From NCBI GenBank assembly GCA_023205875.1, contig CP060773.1:124001-188000 (forward strand): a stretch of 64,000 nucleotides of DNA, given 5' to 3'. The notes below the pieces were generated by a model. The model saw only the letters and a program-made list of their open reading frames with translations, had not been told where the DNA came from and did not search any database. Positions within the stretch are counted from its first letter, which is position 1. Every line of letters begins with the position of its first letter. Source of the DNA: Chloropicon primus. Lineage: Eukaryota. This document shows, piece after piece, positions 21,311 to 30,880 of the stretch. Made by a program: the position numbers and the translations under genes.

Positions 21311-23911
21311 ATGGCGGACGAGGAGTCGAAGCTCGAGCGTTTCTGGCGGAGGGTGGAGGACCAGCTCCGACACAAATCCGCCTTCAATACCTTCGCACCA
21401 TCTTCTTCTTCATCTTCATCCCCGCCATTACCTTTGCCTCCTTCTTCGACGGAAGATGGTGGCCTGGTCATCACGAAACATGGTTTGGCTCGGATGGTGG
21501 AAGGATCGAGGCTTCCCTTGACGAAGCTCGCGGATCAAGTGTGGGAGGCGGCGAAGAAGGCGAGCGGCGCATCGTGCTCCACCTCCACCACCACCACCAC
21601 CTCGCCGCTGTCGTCGTCGTCTTCGTCGAGGGACGTGACGCCGGAGACGATGAGGAACAGGATCATCAACGCGGCCACGAGGAAGGCGTACGTTTCGAAG
21701 AAGAAGGAGAAGATCTTCTTCTCCTCTGTTGAGGAGGAAGGGAGGGGGAGCGGCGTAACGGGCGTAACGCTCGAGGATGACGAGTTCGGGGACGGCCTGA
21801 TGGAGGAGGACGGGGGGAGCGTGTGGCTGAGGTGGGAGGTGAGGTGCGTGCGAGACTTGGGGACCAAGGAGGAGAGGGAGGCGTGCGCTTGGGCGAGGAA
21901 GTGGTACAAGAGGTGCAGCAAGGTGCACGGCAAGGTTTGGTCCCACAGGCACGGGAAGGGGAAGAGGGAGAACTTGAGCGAGCTCGTGGCGGAGGTGGAG
22001 GCTCTCGCGGCGGACTTGGAGGCGGCCTCCGGGCCTCCGAGCCAGGTCGACAAGGGGAGTCCCGAGAAGGCCGCCGAACCGCTGACGCCGCACAAGAGGA
22101 GCCGCGAGGTGGAGGCCGCCGCCCTGCCCGGGCAATCGCCGGGCGGGGGAACGCCCCCCGCAGCCAAAGCGGAGGCCGCCAACAAGAAGAGGGCCAAGCT
22201 GACCCCGGAGCAGAAGAAGCAGAAGGAGGAGATGAAGGAGCAGAAGAAGCAGCAGAGGCTGGAGGAGAAGAGGGCCAGGGAGGAGGAGAAGGAGCGGAAG
22301 AAGCAGCAGAAGCTTGAGGAGCAGAAGGCCAGGGAGGAGGAGAGGGAGCGGAAGAAGCAGCAGAAGCTTGAGGAGCAGAAGGCCAGGGAGGAAGAGAGGG
22401 AGCGGAAGAAGCAGCAGAAGCTTGAGGAGCAGAAGGCCAGGGAGGAGGCCGCCAGGATGCAGAAGGAACTGCAGGAGAAGAGGGAGAGGGAAAAGAAGCA
22501 ACAGTCTCTCAGCATTTTCCAGAAGATGGGCCTCCAACGCAAGACGAGGACGGAAGTCAGGGAGGAGGCCAGCAAGCAAGAGGTGAAGAGGGAGAAGCCG
22601 GCCCTGCTCGCGGAGACGGACTTGAGGCACCTGGAGTCCAAGCTCCTGTTGACCAAGGACTGCGAGGAGAAGCGGGCGTCCCCGGAGCAGCTTCACCTGG
22701 AACTGATGGAGAGGGTCGCTAGCCTTAAGGAGAAGGGGCGGCAGGGGAAGCGGGTGGTTGGCCAGCCCCCGCCGTTCTCGAGAAGGAGGCTGAAATCCAG
22801 GAGAGCGGGGGTCTCCGTGGCCTCGACTTCGGCCTCCATCATCGTGGGGCCCACCGAGATGGACTTTGAGGGGGACTGCGCGGAGGTCGTTGACCTGGGC
22901 AGTGGCAAGAGGAAGCACAAAAAGTGCTGGAGGAGGAAGCTCCTGCAGTTCTGCGAGAACAGGAGGCCGGCCTACTACGGCAGCTTCACTTGCGCCCAAA
23001 AGGTCGTGAGGAACCCTTTCAACCGCTACCTGGGCCTGGACTACGAGGTCGACAGCGAGGAGGAGTGGGACAGCGAGCCGGAGGGGGAGGACCTCATGGA
23101 TTGCAGCGATGAGGAGGAGGAGGAGCTGGAGCTGGAGGAGGAAATGGCAGGGGGGGAGCTGGGCTTCAACTTTGTGGTTTCGGACGACAGCGACAGCGAG
23201 GACGACGACGACTACGATCCAGAAGCCCCGGAGGGGGAGGAGAACGAGAGGTCGGTGGACCACGACAACAAGCTCGAGAGGCTGGTCACCCTTGCCCAGA
23301 GGAAGGCCACCAAGCTCGTGGTGGACGACTCGGAGCTGCTCTCTGTGCTCGATCCGATCTGGCTGGAGCCTCCGCCGCCGCCACCAGAGAAGCCGTGCTC
23401 AGCCGTTACGAAGAAGGAGGCCGAGCCCAAGAAGAAGGATGACAAGAATGGCAAGCCGAAGCGCCCCCCGAACGCCTTCTTCCTCTTCCAGGCAGAGGAG
23501 CGAGAGGCAGTGAAGAGGGACAACCCGGACATCGACCCTCAAGAGATGATGCGGGAGCTGGGCAAGCGCTGGAAGGAAATATCAAAGGAGCGCAAGCAGG
23601 CGTTCGAGGTTCAAGCTTCCAAGGCTCTGCCGGAATACAAAGAGCGTCTGGCCAAGTGGAAGCTTGAGAACGAGCCCCCAAAGCCGCCCCCGGCCGCCAA
23701 GGAGCCAAAGAAGAGGTCGAGTCCGCCAAAGGAACCAAAGGAGAAGGACCAGAAGAGCCCGGACTCGAAGGGGAGGCAGCTCAAGCTGACGGACTTTGGC
23801 AGCAAGCTGGCTTCTTTGAGCAGCGCTGCAAGAGAAGGACAAGAAGAGCCAGCCAGCCAAGCTCCTTCTCCTCCATCCGCAACAACTGCAAACCAGGGAG
23901 TCGCATCCTGA
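21311..23911 (+). CDS. FAS1: Chromatin assembly factor 1 subunit A (p150/FAS1) with C-terminal HMG box
   Basis: KER coiled coil and the CAF1A signature RKLLQFCENRRPAYYGS...LDYEVDSEEEWDSEPEGEDL; acidic ED domain; HMG box KPKRPPNAFFLF..LGKRWKEIS; PIP-like QLKLTDF. Confidence 0.9.
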   Translation: MADEESKLERFWRRVEDQLRHKSAFNTFAPSSSSSSSPPLPLPPSSTEDGGLVITKHGLARMVEGSRLPLTKLADQVWEAAKKASGASCSTSTTTTTSPLSSSSSSRDVTPETMRNRIINAATRKAYVSKKKEKIFFSSVEEEGRGSGVTGVTLEDDEFGDGLMEEDGGSVWLRWEVRCVRDLGTKEEREACAWARKWYKRCSKVHGKVWSHRHGKGKRENLSELVAEVEALAADLEAASGPPSQVDKGSPEKAAEPLTPHKRSREVEAAALPGQSPGGGTPPAAKAEAANKKRAKLTPEQKKQKEEMKEQKKQQRLEEKRAREEEKERKKQQKLEEQKAREEERERKKQQKLEEQKAREEERERKKQQKLEEQKAREEAARMQKELQEKREREKKQQSLSIFQKMGLQRKTRTEVREEASKQEVKREKPALLAETDLRHLESKLLLTKDCEEKRASPEQLHLELMERVASLKEKGRQGKRVVGQPPPFSRRRLKSRRAGVSVASTSASIIVGPTEMDFEGDCAEVVDLGSGKRKHKKCWRRKLLQFCENRRPAYYGSFTCAQKVVRNPFNRYLGLDYEVDSEEEWDSEPEGEDLMDCSDEEEEELELEEEMAGGELGFNFVVSDDSDSEDDDDYDPEAPEGEENERSVDHDNKLERLVTLAQRKATKLVVDDSELLSVLDPIWLEPPPPPPEKPCSAVTKKEAEPKKKDDKNGKPKRPPNAFFLFQAEEREAVKRDNPDIDPQEMMRELGKRWKEISKERKQAFEVQASKALPEYKERLAKWKLENEPPKPPPAAKEPKKRSSPPKEPKEKDQKSPDSKGRQLKLTDFGSKLASLSSAAREGQEEPASQAPSPPSATTANQGVAS
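22268..22447 (+). repeat. Coding 60-nt tandem repeat (about 3 copies) in the CAF-1 KER helix
   Basis: The peptide unit EEQKAREEERERKKQQKL recurs and the DNA units are nearly identical. Confidence 0.85.
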
Positions 23912-24022
23912 ACTTGATTCTTCAACAGAGCTGAGAATGATGTGACGGCCAAAACAATACTATTTGTGTTTATCAATCTATTGAGCGCCGTCCCTCTGCC
24001 GTTATTCTTTGTTAGACTACCG

Positions 24023-25473
24023 CTACGACACCTCTACCTCCGCCTCGTTGCTCGCTACGGTTGGCATTGCCGATGGCGCTTGAGGTGCACCGACTGCCTC
24101 CGCGACTTGCACTGGCTTTGCGGCCTCCGGCGGACGCACTCTGTCGGCGGCGTCGACCCCCCTGGTCTGCGGATCCTTCTTGAGAACCTTCTCGGGTTGC
24201 CTTGATCGATCCACCGCCTTGTTTACCCTCGTCTCAGGGGCTTGCTTACCGATAATACTCGGCTTGTAACTCGCACTCCTCGCCTTCTCCATCTCCATGT
24301 TCTGCTGCTCTTTCGCAACCGTTGATCCTTCCATGGACCCTATGCCCAACGAAACGCAGCTCTGCCTCAGCTTGTCGATGTCCTTCTTGAGCACGTGAGC
24401 GCTCTCGTAGTCTTCGTGCTCCACTGCCTTCTGCTTCTTTCCCTCCAACTCCGCCACCCTCGTCCCTATCAGCTTGAGCCTCTCAATTCCATCTCTCAGC
24501 CGCCTTGCCTCCTCGTAATCCTCCTTCATCACAGCCTTTTGCTTGTGCTTGTGAGCCTCCCGAATAATGTGCATCACGAAGGGGTCGATCCCAGCCTCCA
24601 AGGCCACGCTCACAAGCTCCGCGCTCCCCACGTTGAAAGATGCTTGATTGTTGGACTCCAACACCGCGTAATTCTCCGCCCGGTCAAGACCATTGGGATC
24701 AGCATCAACCCCTCCCCACCCCCTCCGCTCCGCGGCCCGCTTCTCCCCTTGCACCCGGCCAGCAGCCCTGGAAGGGTTCCCCTCTGGATACCCGAGCCTC
24801 CGCCTGGCGCTCAAAGGCTGCTGATTGGAATGGCTCCCCGCTTTCTCGCCACCAGCTTGGTGATCCTCCAGCCACCCGATGAGATTGACGCTGATGATCC
24901 CAACCTGATTGTAAATGTTGTGCTTGTTGACGTAGCCCCTCCAGAAACAAAGCTTCAGCTTGCTCGCCATCTTCCTGTCGATCTTCACAGTCTTCAACTC
25001 CCTTGCAGAGAACCCGCTCCCCTCGTTGGGCTCGAACACAAAGTGACCGAGCTTCACCCATTCCCCGCTGTCCCCGCCGGCGCTCCCTCGGTGCTGCTGC
25101 ATGACGTGAATATCAACTTTCGTTGCGATCAGCGACTCGTGGCTCAGGACCTGCGTGTGAATCGCGAGAGGCCAAAGCAAGAAGAGCAGAGTGAGCAAGG
25201 GCGCCACGACGCCAAAGGGAAGGGTGTGGGAAGAGAGCCCCGTCCAAGGGGCTGTCGCAACAAGTATAGCACTGCTCTCACCTGTATCTGGTGCACGTGA
25301 GCAGGTTGTGCCAAGTCCAGAAGCATCTCTTGGGGATACGAACAGAACTTCTCGCTCCTCCAGCCTCGGGAATGGGGCGCAAGAAGGTGCACCTCCGTCA
25401 CCGGGTGGTCAGGGTCCTCACTCGTCACAGCTTTCACCCTGAACTTGACTCTATCTGGCGGACCTCTTGACAT
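24023..25473 (-). CDS. CEP104-like ciliary-tip protein (N-terminal jelly-roll plus coiled coil, no TOG); intron 25281-25151
   Basis: SEDPDHPVTE..HSRGWRSEKFCSYPQE..IQ|VLSHESLIATKV, LGHFVF, ARELKTVK and NKHNIYNQVGII motifs, then two KQKAV..EDYE UVR-like repeats. Confidence 0.8.
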
Positions 25474-26094
25474 GATGACGCCCTTGATTCGTTTCACGAC
25501 ACCTCTTCCTGCTCAACAACTTGCCGCCATCCGCTTCATGATGCGCCCAGCCAAGAAACGTCAGCAACTCGCTAGAGGAGCCACGAGCTTCAAACCCAAA
25601 ACCGGATGACTCGGCTCAACTTTGCTCCCGAGGTCGACCAAAGAACACGAAACCGATGGCACAAGTGGTGCTTCTGATGCTAATGACCCTCACCAGCAAA
25701 GTTCCTCCCTCCTTTGCCAAAGCTTCCACCGAAATCGTGCTCCTTTGCCACGAGTCCCTCACCTTGTCTCCTCCCTCTGTCCTCGAGCCAAAGAGGTCTT
25801 TCCTTTTGCCAAGATGTCAAAACGGCTTGGTTCCTTTCGAGTGAGGGCTCTTTGGAAAGATCAAGAAGAGATGCTTCGACCAAGCTACCTCGGAGCGTAC
25901 CAAAGATCCAATCTTTGCGCTCCCAAATCGTGAAAGCGCCTTCGCTTGTGTCCCTCGTGTGTGTGTGTGTGTGTCTCTCTCTCTCTGTGTCTTTCAGGTT
26001 TGAGTTTTGAAACGAAATCGTAGCATACGTGAGGGTCTGAGAAAAAGGAGAGAGGAAGAGAGAAGAGCCGCTTGTGTTGTGTGATGGGACAAGG

Positions 26095-26722
26095 ACCTTG
26101 TCCAATGCCAGAAACACATCAGTCAACCAAAAGGTCCCAACACAACAGAAAGGTCGGCCCATGGATGGATGAAGAGAGCCAAGAGAGATAGAGAGAAAGA
26201 GAAAGGGACAAGTCATGCCAAGAGACGAACCACCAAGAGAGACAGACAGACAGAGACTGAGGCTTACTCCTTGTCCCTTGTCCCTTTGCTCGTTGCTCCT
26301 TCATGCCAGAAAATAATCAGTCACCAAGAGAGAGAGAGAGAGAGAGAACAGACAGACAGACAGACAGAGGCTTGTCCTTTGCTCGTTGCTCGTTGCTCCT
26401 TCATGCCAGAAAATAATCAGTCACCAAGAGAGAGAGAGAGAGAGAACAGACAGACAGACAGACAGAGGCTTGTCCTTTGCTCGTTGCTCGTTGCTCCTTC
26501 ATGCCAGAAAATAATCAGTCACCAAGAGAGAGAGAGAGAGAGAGAACAGACAGACAGACAGACAGAGGCTTGTCCTTTGCTCGTTGCTCGTTGCTCCTTC
26601 ATGCCAGAAAATAATCAGTCACCAAGAGAGAGAGAGAGAGAGAGAGAGAACAGACAGACAGACAGAGGCTTGTCCCTTTGCTCGTTGCCCCTTTGCTCGT
26701 TGCCCCTTTGCTCTCGTTGCTC
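26095..26722. repeat. ~100-bp tandem repeat: four near-identical and two degenerate units
   Basis: tcatgccagaaaataatcagtcaccaag starts at 26301, 26401, 26499 and 26599, with degenerate versions near 26103 and 26213. Units embed GA/GACA microsatellites. Confidence 0.9.
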
Positions 26723-27072
26723 CAATTGAAAAAAATATATCTTGTATTTTTCTTTCTGCCCCAGAGCCCCCCCCGTGATCCCTGATTTCCCCCCGCCTCG
26801 AATTTGAAGATAGGGATGATTCACTGGTTGGCGGAGACAGAGACAGAGCCCACGTTTGTAACGTCCGTAACGCGTCCCCGAAACCCCACGAGGAGGCGAG
26901 CGCCGAGGAAGCGAACGCCCGATTGTGGACACACACGCAAGCCGGAGAGGGGACTGGAGACGGAGTGCGCGCTGCCAACCGCCCCGCGCGCTCCCTTTCT
27001 TTCTTTCTTTCTTTTTTTTTTTTTTGCGTGCGGGCGTGCGGGCGTGTGCGTGTGACGTGTGACGTGTGCGTC

Positions 27073-28812
27073 ATGTCGGAGCCCATGAGAGGGGTGATGG
27101 TGAAGAGGGGGAGTGAGGATGGGTCGACGGCACAGGCGTCGGCAGCGGTGGTTTCCTCTCCTCCTCCTCCTTCGCTCGGTGTGCTCCCGCGGTTCTGCTT
27201 GAGCGTTACGAACGCGGACCGGGCCAAGGACTTCATCAAGGTGGGCCGGATCAGCAAAAGGAGTCGAGGGGTGGGCGGGCAGCAGAGGCGGAGGTCGTCC
27301 GCGGCGACGTCGGCCTCCTCCGGTGACATGGCCCTGGCGACGCTGGACAAGGTGAAGCACCTGGGCACGCCGAAGCTTCTCGCGGACGTGGAGACCCTGA
27401 CGAGGAACCAGATGAGGTCCTTCCTGGAGAGCCTGGGATGCAAGAAGGTGAGCTGGAAGTGCGAGGTGCTGCGGAAGCAGATCAGGGCGGTCATCACGGC
27501 CAGGGGTGCGGGGAGCCAGGGCAAGGACGACCTCAGGGCCGCCGCCGAGAGCGCGCACTACACCCAGAAGCAGATCAAGAACATGGCCATAGAGAAGATC
27601 CAGAAGATCTGCTTGCCACCCAAGGCCCCCGCCGCGCAGCAGCGGCAGGTGGCGCGCCAGCAGTCTTTCGTTAAAAACCCTCCGGAGCTCGAGCGGTGCG
27701 CCCAGGAGACGAAGAGGAGGCGGGCGGACGACGACAACACGTCCTCGGACTCCGCGCCAACCTGCACGGACTCGGATGGCGAGGTTCCCCACGGGAGGAC
27801 TTCTCACGGGGTCTGCAGCAGTCGGAGCACCGCGATTCCGCAGCCGCCCCCGCGGGCGACCCCGCAGCAGCCGGAGGAGAAGGAGTCCGTCATGCGGCTC
27901 TGCGGGGACGTCGAGAACCTGACGCGGAGCCAGATGCGGGACTTCTTGCACAAGCTCGGCGTGCCCAAGGTGAGCTGGAAGTGCGAAACCCTGAGTCAGC
28001 AAGTCAAAGCCGTGCTCGAGGCGAAGGCCGAGGGGGAAACCAATCTGAAGCAAGTCGCCATCGAGGTCGGCATGACACAGGCGTTGACCACCATCCAGAA
28101 CAGCGTCAACAGTAACGCGGAGACGGGTGCGGCGGCGAGGCAGGTCGCCGCCGAGAGCAAACCCGCAGCGACAATGCTTCCTAGCAACTTCCTGAACCTG
28201 ATACAGAGGCAGAACTCGATCAACGTGGTCGGCAACGAGAGGAGCCACTCTGAGATATCAAGAAAGTTACTGAAAGCAGTCGTGCACAAGGGGCCGAAGA
28301 CGCAGAAGACGAGGATGGATGGACTGCTCCATTCCATCAGGGGGGCGCAGGGATCTTCTTGGTTCGACAATTCGCAGGGCCAGAAGGCTCAGTCGGGCAC
28401 ACCGACAGATTCGAAGGGAAAGAAGGTGGTGGCGTCGGAGTGCAAGTTCAAAGGCGTTACGTACTCGAAAGCAACGAGCAAGTTCGAGGCTCACAACTGG
28501 ATCTGGCAAAGGGACGGCGGGGAGGCGGAGAAGGGGAGGCAAGTTTACCTCGGCCAGTACGACACGGCCAGCGAAGCTGCGGTGGCGTACGATCTCTCCG
28601 TGCTGTCTGATTCCAGGGACCAGCTCACTGAGCTGATGCGTTTGAAGGACGTGAGGACGAAGCACTCCATCCGTCAAATTCTGAACTTGAACAACTCGTT
28701 CAGCTCTTACGAGGACAAGATGGAGAAGATCTTGTCCATCAGCAAGGCCGAGCTCATCTCGTGCCTGGCCAACAAGCAAGGCAGTATCATCAGTCTTACC
28801 AAGTCAATTTAG
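27073..28812 (+). CDS. AP2-domain transcription factor with duplicated N-terminal helical motif
   Basis: C-terminal FKGVTYSKATSKFEAHNW..GRQVYLGQYDTASEAAVAYD (AP2, ANT/WRI-like). Two internal copies of DVExLTRxQMRxFLxxLGxxKVSWKCExL. Confidence 0.78.
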   Translation: MSEPMRGVMVKRGSEDGSTAQASAAVVSSPPPPSLGVLPRFCLSVTNADRAKDFIKVGRISKRSRGVGGQQRRRSSAATSASSGDMALATLDKVKHLGTPKLLADVETLTRNQMRSFLESLGCKKVSWKCEVLRKQIRAVITARGAGSQGKDDLRAAAESAHYTQKQIKNMAIEKIQKICLPPKAPAAQQRQVARQQSFVKNPPELERCAQETKRRRADDDNTSSDSAPTCTDSDGEVPHGRTSHGVCSSRSTAIPQPPPRATPQQPEEKESVMRLCGDVENLTRSQMRDFLHKLGVPKVSWKCETLSQQVKAVLEAKAEGETNLKQVAIEVGMTQALTTIQNSVNSNAETGAAARQVAAESKPAATMLPSNFLNLIQRQNSINVVGNERSHSEISRKLLKAVVHKGPKTQKTRMDGLLHSIRGAQGSSWFDNSQGQKAQSGTPTDSKGKKVVASECKFKGVTYSKATSKFEAHNWIWQRDGGEAEKGRQVYLGQYDTASEAAVAYDLSVLSDSRDQLTELMRLKDVRTKHSIRQILNLNNSFSSYEDKMEKILSISKAELISCLANKQGSIISLTKSI

Positions 28813-28939
28813 CAACTTCCACACACACACACACACACAATATCATAATGTTTGCTTCATCATAATGTTGTTTTTGAATCAAGAGCTTGTTATGTGAATA
28901 CCATTTGCCCATGAACCCTTTCCCTCAAGAGAGAGACGA

Positions 28940-29130
28940 TGCATCCCTTCCTCCCTCCAACACCCTCACCACCCTATCATCCTCTGTCTAGGAAAGAAAA
29001 GTGAGCAAGTGATGGCTCATTGGAAAGGGCAAGAGATAATGCGTCCATCCCTTTGTCTCCCTCCTCCTCTCCCTCCCCTCACCCGCCACCATCACCCCCA
29101 TCATCTTCCCCTCTCCTCCTCTCCTCCCTC
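28940..29130 (+). repeat. Dispersed ~160-bp intergenic cassette, copy 2 (upstream of CGI121)
   Basis: Same sequence family as 7911-8130; GAAAG core at 29023. Confidence 0.9.
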
Positions 29131-29199
29131 TCCTGCTCCTGATCTCATTTTCACCAAACGAGAGGCAGAAGGAAAGCGAAAGCGACGGCCCACGCGACG

Positions 29200-30193
29200 A
29201 TGACTCAAGCGGAGACCATCCAGTTCGAGGCTCACCCTGATTGGGTCCTCAAGTGCAAGCTCTTCACGCATGTCACCAACGCAGCGGACCTCGTTACGCA
29301 CATCACAAGCGGTAACCTTCCCATGAAGACGAGCCTCATCAACGCAACTCTAGTTCCAGGTAAGACACAACTCCATTCATCTTCACTCTTCATTCGGTTT
29401 CATTGTGTTCATGCGTGCGTGGAGATCAATCAAGCGATGCATTCGCTCGTTCATTCTCTTGCGGTGATGGATGGCACGAGGAGCTGTGCCTCTCCCTTCC
29501 CTCGCCGTCAGCGTCATGCCATTCGATTCGATTCGCATCGAGGAGGAGGAGGAAACCAAAAACTTTTTTGTTTCGATGAATGCATGCATGCATGGTTGGT
29601 TGGATGGATGGATGGAGGATGAGGATTGCTGATGAATTGGTTTTGCTTTCTTGGTGGTGTCTTCTTGATCAGATTTGCTTCCCTTGTACGTAGCTGGTGA
29701 CAAAGCACTACGGTCGCTACAGTCGGACAAGGGCTTGTCCACGAGAACACTTGGGAGTGAACTCTTGTACAACCTCTCCGGCAGCAGGCACATTCGAGAT
29801 GCCTTGATCAAGTTTGGAGTCAAGGTAATGGATTGCCCGTCACATGCTCTCTCTCTCTCTCTCACACTCATTCTCTTTTCTATTGGTGCTGAGTCTGAGT
29901 CTGACTCTTGACTCCTGTCGTACGTTATCGGCGGTGTTTGGTTGCAGGACTCCACCTCTATCTTGCTGGCGTGGTTCGAAGGCGGAAAGGAAGGAGACGA
30001 GGAGAACGGAGACGTCTCTGATTTGATTAAGGGCTCGGTGGCTGACCTGGGAGACTTGCACTTAGGTCTTGATCAGTCTCAAGTTGTGGATTGGTATAAG
30101 ATACACGACAAGGAACTCACGAACGCCAGTCTCACCGACTGTGTGGTCTTTAGGATTGGTGCGAAAGACTTCTTGGACAAGAAGCAAAAGTGA
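29200..30193 (+). CDS. CGI121: KEOPS/EKC subunit CGI121/TPRKB; exons 29200-29359, 29673-29824, 29948-30193
   Basis: LFTHVTNA..LINATLV, TRTLGSELLYNLSGSRHIRDALIKFG and YKI..EL..RIGAKD motifs. Two GT-AG introns keep the frame. Confidence 0.88.
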
Positions 30194-30459
30194 AGAAGAC
30201 ACCGGAATGATGAACCAATAGATAAGAATGGACAGGAATAACCTAACCACCACACGTGTACTAGCAAACTAGAGCGGCAACCGTTCCGTTCCGTTCCGGA
30301 ACCACTCGGAGGCGGCCACCACCATTAATTCATCAAGTTGAGAACCCTGTGTCAAAGAGCAAAAGGAGGAGGAGGAGGAGGAGCAGGATGAAGCAGAGAC
30401 AAGAACACATTCATCCATCCCTCATCATCAACCACCCTCATTCCTCTCATTCTCAATTG

Positions 30460-30795
30460 CCCTCATCATTACCCTCATCATCCTCTCTCTCTGTAGTGAA
30501 CAAAAGTGAGCAAGTGATGGCTCATTGGAAAGGGCAAGAGACAATGCGTCCATCTCTCTGTCTCCCTCCTCCTCTCCCTCCCCTCACCCGCCACCATCAC
30601 CCCCACCACCTCCATCACCAGCACCAACACCTTCATCACCCTCATCATCCTCTGTCTAGGAAAGAAAAGTGAGCAAGTGATGGCTCATTGGAAAGAGCAA
30701 GAGACAATACATCCCTCCCTCTGTCTCCCTCCTCCTCTCCCTCCCCTCACCCGCCACCATCACCCCCATCATCTTCCCCTCTCCTCCCCTCTCCT
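30460..30795 (+). repeat. Dispersed cassette, two tandem copies (163-bp period) upstream of UGGT
   Basis: GAAAG cores at 30528 and 30691 with near-identical flanks. Confidence 0.9.
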
Positions 30796-30880
30796 CCGCT
30801 TCCAAGCAGACGCAGACAGAGCAGCCATCTCTCGATCGATCGCAGCGATCGATCGCAGGCGGAGGGGAGGAAGGGAAGCC

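Noticed and set aside
26280..26700. CRISPR-like appearance of this array and of the 115-bp array at 41905
   Set aside because: Whole units are repeated with no unique spacers, there are no cas genes, and the context is eukaryotic.
30677..30880. N-terminal extension MAHWK.QE..HPSLC..PPPLPPLTRHHH on UGGT, RNASEH2A and small ORFs
   Set aside because: It is the translation of the non-coding dispersed cassette. It does not stay in frame with every downstream gene and would precede the UGGT signal peptide.
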